From a virus (taxonomy: Duplodnaviria; Caudoviricetes), in the IMG/VR virus record IMGVR_UViG_2873571580_000001: a stretch of DNA of 64,000 nucleotides. One strand, given 5' to 3'. The translations under genes were made by a program, and so were the position numbers. Positions 1 to 8,834 of this stretch are shown here, piece by piece. The notes beneath the pieces are model-generated. The model saw only the letters and a program-made list of their open reading frames with translations, did no database searches and was not told the origin of the DNA. The number at the start of each line of letters is the position of its first letter. Position 1 is the first letter of the stretch.

Positions 1-279
1 TCACCCGGACTGCTTGGCAAAGTACGCTGCGGCCTTTTTTAGGATGTCGCGCTCCTCTGTGACTCGCTTGAGTTCAGCCTTCAGTCGTCGCAACTCCTCG
101 GTTTGTGACACCTGTGCCGGCCGATCATGGGCAGGCGTTCCTTGAGCCTTGATCCATTGATAAAGGCTGTGCTGACTTACGCCTAGTCGGGCTGAAACAT
201 CGGCCACCTTATGGCCGCGCTCAGTGATCTGCTTGACTGCTTCGGTCTTGAATTCTTGGGGATATCTTTGGTTACTCAT
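1..279 (-). CDS. IS3-family transposase OrfA (HTH)
   Basis: MSNQRYPQEFKTEAVKQI...ELRRLKAELKRVTEERDILKKAAAYFAK is a typical IS3 OrfA. Confidence 0.95.
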   Translation of the reverse strand: MSNQRYPQEFKTEAVKQITERGHKVADVSARLGVSQHSLYQWIKAQGTPAHDRPAQVSQTEELRRLKAELKRVTEERDILKKAAAYFAKQSG

Positions 280-342
280 AGCACCTCCTATTGGGCCTTA
301 GATTTAAGGCTCAGAGGTGTCTAGAAAACCCGGGGCGATTCA
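1..342 (-). mobile_element. IS3-family insertion sequence, left part (runs off the window); IRL at about 317-342
   Basis: End reads TGAATCGCCCCGGGTTTTCTAGACAC on the minus strand, same as 35715; followed by orfA. Confidence 0.95.
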
Positions 343-864
343 GGCAGACGCAAGCGCCGTGTTTGCGCTCAGCGCATTGGCTGCCGAGCCGTACTTGCCG
401 TCCGCCGGATTGATCCCCATGCGCGCCATCTCGGCAGACTGCGTGCGCTGCGCGCTGGTGTAGGCAGACGACACATCGGCCGCAGCCTGCCCGGCCAGCT
501 CTTCGCGGCGCGTTTCGGTGTTGAAGGTCTTCGCCTCCTGAATCATCTGATCCTGAACACCCGTCAGCTTGTCACGCCGCTCAATCGCGTAGGCCCGATC
601 CTCGTTCGATTGCTGTTGTGCCAGCTTGGAGGCATCCAACGCAAACTGTGTCGACTCCTTCTGGAGCGGCGCCATGTCGTTGGTGTTCGTAATGATCTGC
701 TTGATCATGTCGTCCTGAACACCAAGATTGCGCACCTGCGCCTCGACAAGGCGCGGATCTGGCGCGGGCGTGGAGCTGCCGCCCTCCAACGTCATGCCGC
801 CGCCGCGCGGTCGGAATGCCCGTTCGGGCAGAAAGTCAAAGTCGGTGGAATGCCAGCGTGCCAT
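340..864 (-). pseudogene. Virion DNA-ejection (transfer) protein-like gene, 3'-truncated by IS3
   Basis: ATG at 864 after GGAG SD; Ala/Gln-rich helical; its stop (340-342) is supplied by the IS end; lies after the GNAT gene as in P22-like ejection modules. Confidence 0.65.
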
Positions 865-888
865 ACAAAGATCTCCTGCTGGAGAGAA

Positions 889-904
889 TGGCAGGCTTGG
901 TACG
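889..904 (-). promoter_or_regulatory. Late promoter/operator motif copy 1
   Basis: CGTACCAAGCCTGCCA followed by TTCT (CAnnnT). Confidence 0.75.
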
Positions 905-1176
905 ACCAAATCGCCGCGTTAAAACACACATATACAAGCGAGTCACGGATGGAAGAAACGAACGATGTCTAGCTAGAAGATCAAAGGTTTCCTCGCCCAA
1001 TACCACAAGATAGGTCAGTACAAATCAATATGTAAGCGCCTAGACGTCCTACGCCCGAGCTGTCGCTCATGGCGCACACTGAAGTCCAGTGCAATGTATC
1101 AACAAAACACTGAACTGAAAGGCGCTCCTGCTAGCGACTGAAGCACCTTATCTCTAACTCGATTGAAGGATTCATC

Positions 1177-1314
1177 ATGTCTCAGCAACAGCAACAAAAC
1201 CCGAGCCAAACCCAACCTGATCAAGATCAGAAGAAAACCGATCAGCAGCAACAACAAACACCTGCACAGAAACAGCCGGCTGACCAAAAGCAGTCCAGCG
1301 CGCCACAGAAGTGA
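1177..1314 (+). CDS. 45-aa Gln-rich hydrophilic peptide (not in ORF track)
   Basis: GAAGGA SD, MSQQQQQNPSQTQPDQDQKK...APQK, own terminator downstream. Confidence 0.6.
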   Translation: MSQQQQQNPSQTQPDQDQKKTDQQQQQTPAQKQPADQKQSSAPQK

Positions 1315-1357
1315 TCGATATGGTTACTGCTTGATTGAAATGTCAACCCACTCTATG

Positions 1358-1380
1358 AAGCCCTCTTTTGAGGGCTTTTT
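1358..1380 (+). terminator. Rho-independent terminator
   Basis: AAGCCCTC-TTTT-GAGGGCTT followed by T run. Confidence 0.75.
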
Positions 1381-1423
1381 CACGGCTCCTTGACTGTCAG
1401 CGGCGGACCGGAATCAGATGAAC

Positions 1424-1454
1424 AAAAATAAAAACCCGCCTTGCCTGGCGGGTT
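1424..1454 (-). terminator. Rho-independent terminator ending the microprotein operon
   Basis: AACCCGCC-N6-GGCGGGTT stem with T-rich tail on minus strand. Confidence 0.75.
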
Positions 1455-1473
1455 GAACGATGCGTTGCTTCAC

Positions 1474-1641
1474 CTAATACTCGCGTGCGATTTTATTCGC
1501 TGCCCGCTGCTGCTCTTCGGTTTTTATTGGAATTGGTGCAACACCATCTTTCGGGGTCAGAATCGCCTCTGGCGGATTCCACATCGATTGCAGCAATCCC
1601 CAAAATGACCCAGTGAGGCGTCTAAGTGGGAGTATGAACAT
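1474..1641 (-). CDS. 55-aa microprotein, MF...SFW family copy 3 (not in ORF track)
   Basis: GGAGG SD; MFILPLRRLTGSFWGLLQSMWNPPEA...; overlaps the end of the upstream ORF. Confidence 0.6.
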   Translation of the reverse strand: MFILPLRRLTGSFWGLLQSMWNPPEAILTPKDGVAPIPIKTEEQQRAANKIAREY

Positions 1642-1825
1642 GGGGCCTCCGCCTCAAGTATTTGCAGATTGGTTTTAGAAATTTAGATTCATCCTCAATG
1701 GGTTGAACCTCGGATGTCACAGGCAGCACTTCAAGTACGGGCATACGAAAATGCATTTGCATATCCCTTGCAAACTCCAGTTCTCGTTTGTGCTTAAGAA
1801 GTGAAAATTTATAGCTATAGCTCAT
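1622..1825 (-). CDS. 67-aa hypothetical protein
   Basis: GAGG SD, closely spaced in operon. Confidence 0.5.
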   Translation of the reverse strand: MSYSYKFSLLKHKRELEFARDMQMHFRMPVLEVLPVTSEVQPIEDESKFLKPICKYLRRRPHVHTPT

Positions 1826-1835
1826 GCGTGCCTCG

Positions 1836-2045
1836 CTAATCTTCTAGATCGTCATCATCACCCTGTTGCACGGTCCTTCTTGCGCGCACGCGCTCCATTT
1901 CACGAGCCTTATCTTGTTGCTCAACTGCTGCAGCATTTGGCCCGCGAAAAACATAGTCGTCATCTGAAACTGATCGACTTTGCACATCTGGCAGTACACG
2001 CGCTCTTGGGCGGATATTAAAGATCGTTTTGTCAGAAAAAGACAT
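1836..2045 (-). CDS. 69-aa hypothetical protein with acidic tail
   Basis: AGGAG SD; ends GDDDDLED. Confidence 0.6.
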   Translation of the reverse strand: MSFSDKTIFNIRPRARVLPDVQSRSVSDDDYVFRGPNAAAVEQQDKAREMERVRARRTVQQGDDDDLED

Positions 2046-2062
2046 TACGTTCTCCTGTCAAA

Positions 2063-2239
2063 TCAAAAATCACTTGGACCGGGGAACACTGTTCCTTTTC
2101 GCTCACTTTTTGAGGCGTCTGCTGGGAGCTTTTTCCCTTGTTCCGAGGAAGTATGCGTGGTCTCGGTTCTTGGCGAAAAGAACGCCTTGATAGCTTCCCA
2201 CAAGGTGGGTTTGCGTTTGGGGAGGGATTGCATGAACAT
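2063..2239 (-). CDS. 58-aa microprotein, MF...TLW family copy 2 (not in ORF track)
   Basis: GGAGG SD; MFMQSLPKRKPTLWEAIKAFFSPRTE... Confidence 0.65.
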   Translation of the reverse strand: MFMQSLPKRKPTLWEAIKAFFSPRTETTHTSSEQGKKLPADASKSERKGTVFPGPSDF

Positions 2240-2297
2240 ATAGACCTCCGGTCTATGGGGGCGAGTCGGTATAGATCGCCTTCACAGACAGTACTCC
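2240..2297 (-). promoter_or_regulatory. Structured leader copy A
   Basis: GGAGTACTGT...GGCGATC-N6-GACTCGCC...TAGACC-GGA-GGTCTA then ATG. Confidence 0.65.
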
Positions 2298-2332
2298 CGA
2301 TAAATCCCCTACCGAGCGCATAACACAATGAA

Positions 2333-2578
2333 TTACGTATGGGGTCTAAACTTGCGCTCTTGGAACTGAGCTTGGTAAAGCATTCCACCGATATCAGCCA
2401 AGATGCTGATGTCGTCATCCGAGAGATGGTCCTCAGACTCCGTCAGCCAGCGAGCTAGCAGTACGATAGGCTCATCTCCATCTCGTATACAACCACGTAT
2501 TTCAAGCAGCTCTGATCGCTCCTGAAACAGTTTGATGAAGCTGTGAATTTGATCACTCATGGCAAAATTCCATATCAA
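2333..2578 (-). CDS. Small acidic hypothetical protein (start may be 2560)
   Basis: Open frame co-oriented with neighbours; helical globular composition. Confidence 0.55.
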   Translation of the reverse strand: MIWNFAMSDQIHSFIKLFQERSELLEIRGCIRDGDEPIVLLARWLTESEDHLSDDDISILADIGGMLYQAQFQERKFRPHT

Positions 2579-2637
2579 CGAAGCGAGCCAACAAGGGAAG
2601 CCCCGAAGGGATTTCGCATCCTTACTTTGAGATGGAT

Positions 2638-2823
2638 TCAGGTCACATTGTTCGCCAAACTTGCATCCCGATGTATGTTCCGCTGCTGATCCTCTTTCGC
2701 TTCCATGTCGGGCCGATTTTTCACCTCTTCTTCTTGCAATGGCGTATTGCGAGCATCGGGAAAGAGCATGTTCTTGGTGACTTCCCAGAAAGAAATACTG
2801 GGGTAAGAAGAAAACTTAAACAT
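2638..2823 (-). CDS. 61-aa microprotein, MF...SFW family copy 1
   Basis: GGAGG SD; MFKFSSYPSISFWEVTKNMLFPDAR... Confidence 0.65.
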   Translation of the reverse strand: MFKFSSYPSISFWEVTKNMLFPDARNTPLQEEEVKNRPDMEAKEDQQRNIHRDASLANNVT

Positions 2824-2883
2824 ATAGACCTCCGGCCTACGACGGCGAATCAGGATGGATCGCCTAGAGGATCACAGTACTCC
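2824..2883 (-). promoter_or_regulatory. Structured leader copy B
   Basis: GGAGTACTGT...GGCGATC-N6-GATTCGCC...TAGGCC-GGA-GGTCTA then ATG. Confidence 0.65.
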
Positions 2884-3038
2884 TTTTAATGACCTTAAAC
2901 CGTCCGCTCCAAAAAAGCCGCTCGAAGGAGGCGCAGAAAAGGGATCTTCCATAGAGACTCGACCTTGCCTCCCAGCAAATCAATTACCTTGAATCATGCA
3001 AATCTGGTGTTCGTCGACTCAGGAAAATCGGCGATCGG

Positions 3039-3425
3039 TCATGCCAACACATTCGTGAGAGACCAGATCACCACATCCCCACCATCCGGTCCAGCTCCAA
3101 GCAGCCTCGCCTCCTCAACCGCCCCCAGCCGTCGCGCGAGAGCACGCAGCTTAGTGTTCGACGCAAGCACATAGCCGCGCACCGAATCCACCCCGCACAC
3201 CCGGAACGGATATGCGAGGAACGCGCGGAGGAACTCTCGCGACAGTGGTTTATCCACGGCCACATGCGCCCAGACCGTGCGTCCGTTGTGGTTCTCAAAC
3301 ACCACACCAGCCGACAGTGCTGCGCCCCGCTGCCACCCAAGCGCCACAGCACCCTCGGTGCGCATCAGCCCTAGTATGCGCTCCTTGAGGAATGCGTAGA
3401 CTGCATCAACGTCGTAGATCAGCAT
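3039..3425 (-). CDS. Phage GNAT-fold acetyltransferase-like protein
   Basis: AGVVFENHNG...HVAV...FLAYPF...RRLGAVEEARL pattern; ATG 6 nt after the motif -10 hexamer. Confidence 0.7.
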   Translation of the reverse strand: MLIYDVDAVYAFLKERILGLMRTEGAVALGWQRGAALSAGVVFENHNGRTVWAHVAVDKPLSREFLRAFLAYPFRVCGVDSVRGYVLASNTKLRALARRLGAVEEARLLGAGPDGGDVVIWSLTNVLA

Positions 3426-3435
3426 CGCCACAGTG

Positions 3436-3451
3436 TGCCAAGCTTGCCACG
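3436..3451 (-). promoter_or_regulatory. Late promoter/operator motif copy 2 (divergent, palindromic core CAAGCTTG)
   Basis: CGTGGCAAGCTTGGCA followed by CACT. Confidence 0.6.
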
Positions 3452-3492
3452 AGTCTGACGAATAGAATGCAGGAGCATATTTAGGAGACTCT

Positions 3493-3861
3493 ATGTTTGG
3501 CGAAATACCGGATGCAGACGAGAGCTTGTGGGCTGCAGCTTACAAAGAGTTTGAAAGCTCGGAGCGTCGCATTGGTCTGTGGGCAAAGTCCTTTGCCATG
3601 ACCGATGGCAATGAGGTTCAAGCTAAGGTTGAGTACCTTAAATTCCGAGTTGTGCAACTCCAAACAAGCCAAGCGGAGTATCAACGCGCAGTAAGCGATA
3701 TATTTCAGCGCCAACAAGCGGAAATTGAGAGACTTGCCCAAATGCCGAATGGGCAGTGCCCCAATTGTGGAGCAATTCAGCCGCGAACGTCAGAATCATG
3801 TCCCAAATGCAATGCAGCGTTTGGACCAGATTCAGCTTGGCGACTTACCCCTGTGCCTTGA
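3493..3861 (+). CDS. Moron: 122-aa protein with C-terminal double CxxC zinc ribbon
   Basis: AGGAG SD; CPNCG...CPKCN; antisense to phage late genes. Confidence 0.75.
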   Translation: MFGEIPDADESLWAAAYKEFESSERRIGLWAKSFAMTDGNEVQAKVEYLKFRVVQLQTSQAEYQRAVSDIFQRQQAEIERLAQMPNGQCPNCGAIQPRTSESCPKCNAAFGPDSAWRLTPVP

Positions 3862-4303
3862 CCCCGAATTCAGGCAAGCATGGCCAAACGATAGCCAGCG
3901 GATCCGGCTGCTCGGTGATGTCGCGCAGCGCACGGCGGTAGGCAAGCCAATCGCCTAGTATCTCAGGCGGCGTCGGAGCATCAGGCATGACACGCCAGTC
4001 ACAAGCTGACAGCAGTGCATCGCGCTCGCGCCGCACCTGCGCCCACAACACGTTCAAGTCAGGGACCCACTTGCGCGCGGCAAAATCAAAACTCCAACCC
4101 TCGCCCAGATTGGGCGGGTACCTGACCGGAGTTTGTACTTCCACATTCCAGTAATGCGTCGTTGGAGACACGTTGCCCTCCACCAAAACCCAACTCCGCG
4201 GACTTGACGCTCCGCCAGTAGAGGATGTTGTGCGAGCAATCTTCATTGTGCGATCGGTGTCAGGAACCGCCTCAAGTTCTGCCCAGATGTAGGGTTCATT
4301 CAT
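3845..4303 (-). CDS. Tail fibre assembly chaperone-like protein
   Basis: WAQVRRERDALLSACDWRVMPDAP...YRRALRDIT...IVWP motif. Confidence 0.8.
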   Translation of the reverse strand: MNEPYIWAELEAVPDTDRTMKIARTTSSTGGASSPRSWVLVEGNVSPTTHYWNVEVQTPVRYPPNLGEGWSFDFAARKWVPDLNVLWAQVRRERDALLSACDWRVMPDAPTPPEILGDWLAYRRALRDITEQPDPLAIVWPCLPEFGVKAQG

Positions 4304-6228
4304 CGCTTTCCTCCTGTCACGGTCACGACCGTGTGAAACACATTGATTGGCTGATTCGAGCCCGGCCCGGATGTTGGGCTCACGATCTCGATGTCGTAGG
4401 TGTAGTCCGCCTCGGCTACAGGTTTGTCGTGCCCGATCACAATCACCTGCGATGTGTAGAGTGACCGCACGGATACGCCTGCATATGCGAAGCGTGTGCC
4501 ATTGCGGCGCAGGTAGGCGGTGATGGTGGCATCACCACCGGCGGCATTCACTTCAGCCATGCCCATGACCACAGCCCCGCTGGAGTTCGCCGGCAGACGA
4601 ATGGATGCCTGCGCGCCCACCCGTGAACCACCACCTGGTACTGACAGCGCCCCGCCTTCACCAAAGTTCATCGCCGTTACCGCAGCGCCGCCGATCTGCA
4701 GCGTGCCCACGGCCGCCTGCCCGATGTACGCCGTGCCGATGGCCGCCGTATCCATGAACACGCTGATGTTGTTGCTGGTGATCTTGGAGAGCCGGTTGAT
4801 GAAATCCCCCGTGCCCAGCACTGTCCCATCCGGAAGCTTCACCGTGCTGCCAATCTGCACGTCGTTCTTTGTGGCCAGCGCGCCGAGACCACTCACACCG
4901 GATGCTTTGATGTTCCGCACCCATGCCGCATCTACGCCGTTGGCGTCGAGGATGACATTGCCGGAGTTGTCGCGCACAGTCAGCCCGCGTGTGTCGACCT
5001 TGCGCGCGGCCACCGTGCCGTCCACCAACAGGTCGCCATTGATCACTGCTGCCGGAATGGTCCACGCCGTGCCCATCCAGTGACGCGTCTGGGCGAACCC
5101 GTTGTCGTTCGTGATGGTGACCGCGTCGCCGACCAACAGATGGTTGTTGTTCGGCGCGCTCCCTGTGTTACCAAGAGCCTGCCAGACAGCTTGCCGCGCT
5201 GTCGCGTCGCTCCACGCACTGCCGCTGGCCGACAACATGACCGAGCCGCGCATGCCGTCCTTGAGTTGGATGCCCGAACCGTCGATGCGGATGTTGCCCT
5301 TCAAATAGACGTTGCGCTGCAGGTAGATGCCGAGGTTGTCCACGCCGAACACCACATCTTCCGGCCGCGGCGTTTTCATCATGCCGCCTGAATAGCTGGG
5401 CATGACGATGGCGAATTTGTCGGCCGAGATGATGAAGGCACTGCTGGTCTTGCCGTCCACGCTCTCTTCGGCGGCAATGCCAAAGCCCGCAAGCGCCCCG
5501 CCCGCCTGCACCTTCAAGGTGTACTGCGCGCGCAGGCCTTCCGTGTACCCGGCGATCACCGTCATCTCCTGCTCGAGCATCGCGCGGCCCGGAGTCCCGT
5601 CCTGATAGTACTTGCCAAGCGATGCTTGGAGCTGCAGCACGTTGGTGGCCATCGCTCGCTGCCCGTCGCTCCACACCGCCGCGAGTTGTCGCTGGCCCGC
5701 CGAGGCCTCGCGCACGCTGGCGGTGAGTTCTCGCACCACCATCGCCATCGATCGCTCGTTGGTCTGGATGATGGTCTGCATGTCCTGAATCGCAGCGCCG
5801 CGCTTGGCCGCCTCATCGGCGATGTTCTGCAGCAGCACGTCGCGGATCTCGGACGCCAGATGATCGAAACGCGTAGGGTCGTCCAGCGTCTTGGCCAAGT
5901 CCTTGAACAGGCGCGAGTCGATGATGGACTGGGCGAACTTGTCCACGGCCACCGTGGCAGTGAAGCCGCCACCCAGATCGATGCCCATCTCGCCCTCGCC
6001 CGGTTCCTTGGTCAGCACCTGCGTGAGATTCGTGACAGACCCTGCAATCTCCTTGAGCTCGCGCACCGTCACCGCCCGCTCGTTGTCGTTGCCGCGCGAG
6101 CCCGAACGCACTTCCATCCATTCGGTGGCCGACTGCACCCAGTTGGCGAGCGCCTTGTCCTGCAGATTCAGCCGCTGAAAACTCGGCATCTTGGCCGCAC
6201 CGGTGTCCCGCTTGATGGTGTTGGTCAT
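4300..6228 (-). CDS. Tail spike/central fibre protein (host specificity); true start 6228, not 6852
   Basis: Coiled-coil N-half, YTLKVQAGGALAGFGI...FIISADKFAI and DGTVAARKV repeats as in gpJ-like C-termini; ATGA overlap with upstream gene. Confidence 0.75.
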   Translation of the reverse strand: MTNTIKRDTGAAKMPSFQRLNLQDKALANWVQSATEWMEVRSGSRGNDNERAVTVRELKEIAGSVTNLTQVLTKEPGEGEMGIDLGGGFTATVAVDKFAQSIIDSRLFKDLAKTLDDPTRFDHLASEIRDVLLQNIADEAAKRGAAIQDMQTIIQTNERSMAMVVRELTASVREASAGQRQLAAVWSDGQRAMATNVLQLQASLGKYYQDGTPGRAMLEQEMTVIAGYTEGLRAQYTLKVQAGGALAGFGIAAEESVDGKTSSAFIISADKFAIVMPSYSGGMMKTPRPEDVVFGVDNLGIYLQRNVYLKGNIRIDGSGIQLKDGMRGSVMLSASGSAWSDATARQAVWQALGNTGSAPNNNHLLVGDAVTITNDNGFAQTRHWMGTAWTIPAAVINGDLLVDGTVAARKVDTRGLTVRDNSGNVILDANGVDAAWVRNIKASGVSGLGALATKNDVQIGSTVKLPDGTVLGTGDFINRLSKITSNNISVFMDTAAIGTAYIGQAAVGTLQIGGAAVTAMNFGEGGALSVPGGGSRVGAQASIRLPANSSGAVVMGMAEVNAAGGDATITAYLRRNGTRFAYAGVSVRSLYTSQVIVIGHDKPVAEADYTYDIEIVSPTSGPGSNQPINVFHTVVTVTGGKR

Positions 6229-8801
6229 ACGGCCTTCAGCTCCTCGGTGGTGGATGTGAGAACGATGGAGGTGATGCGCGCCGCGCTCTCGATCTCCACC
6301 TGGTGTTCCAGCCAGCGGCCCGGCGGCAGGCGCTGCGGCTGCAGGTTGGTGAACGTGGCTATGTGGCGCAGCTCGCCGTCGCCCCAGAGTCGCAGGGTCA
6401 CGGGCTGTGCAGCGCTCTGCTGGCCGTAGACCTTGGCCCACGCGAGCGGCAACTGCTGGCCCTGCGTAGCAACGCTGGACTTCCACGCGCCCACACGGCG
6501 GCCGCTGCCGGTGAAGCACTCCATGATGTCGGTGCCGTGGGCCACATACATCAGGTCGTTGAACTTGTCTGACCACACCGCCGTGCCGGACAGATCGATG
6601 TGCCCCAGCTTCATGCCGTCCTGAATGCTGAACGCGAGACAGCCGCCGCCCGCCCCCGCATAGAACAGGTAGTAGACGCCCTCGTGCTCGGCGCCGAACA
6701 TACTCGACGGCTGGAGCTTCTGCCAGTCTTCGCGCGCAATGAGTTGGCGCGTGACCACCTGAATGCCGCCCGAGTTGGCCAAGCACAAGCCATCGGGCGA
6801 TGCATACAGCACCCCGCCCTGCACGCCCACGATGGAGCGCCGCGCCACGCACGACTGATTGCTGTCCAGGCGCAGCGCCGACATGCTGGCCGAGTGCGCG
6901 CCGGTGATGAAATACGGGTTGCCCGTGGTGCCGACGAACAGCGTCTGATCAAAGCACGCCATTCCCACGACCGGAAATTCCGTAGTGACCTGATACTCCA
7001 CCGGCCACGCATATGGCACGTAGGGCTCACAGAATGCAACCGTGTTGTCGAGGAACCCTGCCATGATGCCGTTGGGCATGCCAGCCATCCCGCGCAGATA
7101 GGGATTCGCGCCGACCGTGGGTTTGTTGTCGCCCGCATATTGGCCATCCATACGATACGGAGGCGCGGACCAAGTGAACTGCGGCTGCAGGCTCTCCAAC
7201 TCCTCACTCGCCTTGTCATCGAGGAACTGCGCGACCGAGATCTGCAGCTCCTGCACCAATTGCCAGGCGCTTGCCGTGCTGGATGTGTTGCTGCGGTAGA
7301 CACGCCACTTCGTCACATTGCGCGCGGCGTGACTCTCGCCCGTCATGGCGCCGGGCCGGGTGATGGTCACCGTGTCGTTGGCATCCACCTCCAGCATATC
7401 GGAGAGTGGCGATGGCTCGGACTCCTCGCCCCAATCTGTGACAAACGCCACCACGTAAAAGCGCGAGTCCACCACGCGCTCCACCGTCTCGCCCGCGATG
7501 TCGGCCACGCCACCCAGCTTGTCGAGCCACTGGCCGATGAGCTTCACATCGTCGGTGGCTGCCTTGTACTGCTTGGCGAGCTGCGTCTGGATGCTGGACA
7601 CCAGCGAAGTGCAACGCTGCTGAATCTCCACCAGTCGAGAGTTCATGCTGGCCGACTGCGATTGGCCCTCTGCCTTGCCAGTGCTGTAGGCGTCCAACGC
7701 ATCGTAGTAGGCCTCCAGATCCTTCTGGTACTGGGTCCACAGCGGGTTCTCGTGCACACCAGTGGAATCGCCCGGATCGGAAATCCACTGCCCACCTTCG
7801 GGCGCGGTCGGCTTATTGGGCGGCTCGGCAGGCGTGCTCCATGACTTGGTCAGCGCGAGGCCTGCAAACTCCTTGACCAGCTTGTCGAGCTCGCTGCGCC
7901 AGTTGGTGCATTCGGTACCGGGTTTGGTCGCACCCTCCAGCAAGTCGGCCAGCTTGTCCGCTTGGCCTGCCGTCAAGATCGTTGTGCCCGATTTCTCACC
8001 GGCAGTATCCGGATACTCGTGAAGCTGCAAGGCCTCGATCAGTTCAGGGCGTCGCCATGGGTATGAATACGGCATGGCCGCGACGGGGATAGCCCAGCCA
8101 CTCGCGGTCTTCATCGCAGACAGACGGGTCATATCCATGGCGCAGGCCTCGGCACGCGCATCCGTGACCACGGCATACAAGCTACCCGGCTCAGCAGAGC
8201 CGCCGACCGCCGCGGACAGCGACAGTCCATAGTTCTCGGTCGGGCCCGCGTAGGATTTGCCACTGGCATCCCAGCGAATCACAGCCTGATTGCCCTCGTG
8301 TGGAATCACTGTTGCCAGCAAGTCCTCGCGCACCGCCTCGGCAAACTCGCCATACAGCCAGGTCTGGGCCTCCTCGGTGGTGAACTCGTCCACCACCTGC
8401 ATCTCGGCCTTGGGCTTGACCGGGCGCACCACGCCAAGCTGGCGATCATTGCCGCGCGAATCAATCACACGCGGGCGCTCGCTGCCGTCGTTGGTGGTGA
8501 CGTAGGTGCGCTCCGTGGCTTCGTCGTTGATCTGCCCTTTCACGAAAGACATCTCTTTCGCGTAGGAACGGATTGCCGCATTGGGGTTCTGGATCACCTG
8601 ACCATTCACATCACGATGGAAACGATGCAGCGTGAGCGCACCCGAGACGCACGCCGAGTGCACCCGGTCATCCGCCAGTGGCCAGAACTCTCCGCTCGGC
8701 AGAAACAGATTGGAATTGCGCCGCGCGAAGTTGGAGCCCAGCGCGCGATCCGACACGCTGGGCGCTTCGCCGACAAAGTTGGACAGCTTGTAGGTCGTCA
8801 T
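6225..8801 (-). CDS. Tail nozzle/head-stabilisation protein (P22 gp10/T7 gp12-like) with large insertion
   Basis: YVVAFVTDWGEESEPS, FCEPYVPYAWP and beta-propeller-like C-terminus; position. Confidence 0.7.
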   Translation of the reverse strand: MTTYKLSNFVGEAPSVSDRALGSNFARRNSNLFLPSGEFWPLADDRVHSACVSGALTLHRFHRDVNGQVIQNPNAAIRSYAKEMSFVKGQINDEATERTYVTTNDGSERPRVIDSRGNDRQLGVVRPVKPKAEMQVVDEFTTEEAQTWLYGEFAEAVREDLLATVIPHEGNQAVIRWDASGKSYAGPTENYGLSLSAAVGGSAEPGSLYAVVTDARAEACAMDMTRLSAMKTASGWAIPVAAMPYSYPWRRPELIEALQLHEYPDTAGEKSGTTILTAGQADKLADLLEGATKPGTECTNWRSELDKLVKEFAGLALTKSWSTPAEPPNKPTAPEGGQWISDPGDSTGVHENPLWTQYQKDLEAYYDALDAYSTGKAEGQSQSASMNSRLVEIQQRCTSLVSSIQTQLAKQYKAATDDVKLIGQWLDKLGGVADIAGETVERVVDSRFYVVAFVTDWGEESEPSPLSDMLEVDANDTVTITRPGAMTGESHAARNVTKWRVYRSNTSSTASAWQLVQELQISVAQFLDDKASEELESLQPQFTWSAPPYRMDGQYAGDNKPTVGANPYLRGMAGMPNGIMAGFLDNTVAFCEPYVPYAWPVEYQVTTEFPVVGMACFDQTLFVGTTGNPYFITGAHSASMSALRLDSNQSCVARRSIVGVQGGVLYASPDGLCLANSGGIQVVTRQLIAREDWQKLQPSSMFGAEHEGVYYLFYAGAGGGCLAFSIQDGMKLGHIDLSGTAVWSDKFNDLMYVAHGTDIMECFTGSGRRVGAWKSSVATQGQQLPLAWAKVYGQQSAAQPVTLRLWGDGELRHIATFTNLQPQRLPPGRWLEHQVEIESAARITSIVLTSTTEELKAV

Positions 8802-8811
8802 GCCTGCACAG

Positions 8812-8827
8812 TGGCAGGCTTGGCACG
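8812..8827 (-). promoter_or_regulatory. Late promoter/operator motif copy 3
   Basis: CGTGCCAAGCCTGCCA-CTGT; ATG 8801 is 6 nt after CACTGT. Confidence 0.75.
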
Positions 8828-8834
8828 CACTGGA

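Noticed and set aside
889-904. TGGCA... in the repeated motif read as a sigma54 promoter
   Set aside because: No GC at the GG-N10-GC position, and that reading points away from the adjacent genes
6229-6852. N-terminal extension of the 850-aa ORF 4300-6852
   Set aside because: Overlaps the nozzle gene in another frame; ATG 6228 is coupled to the nozzle stop
6600-7844. Long plus-strand ORFs here and at 15781-16878, 20776-21408, 56054-57232, 61768-63315
   Set aside because: Antisense shadows of GC-rich phage genes with no SD or recognisable motifs
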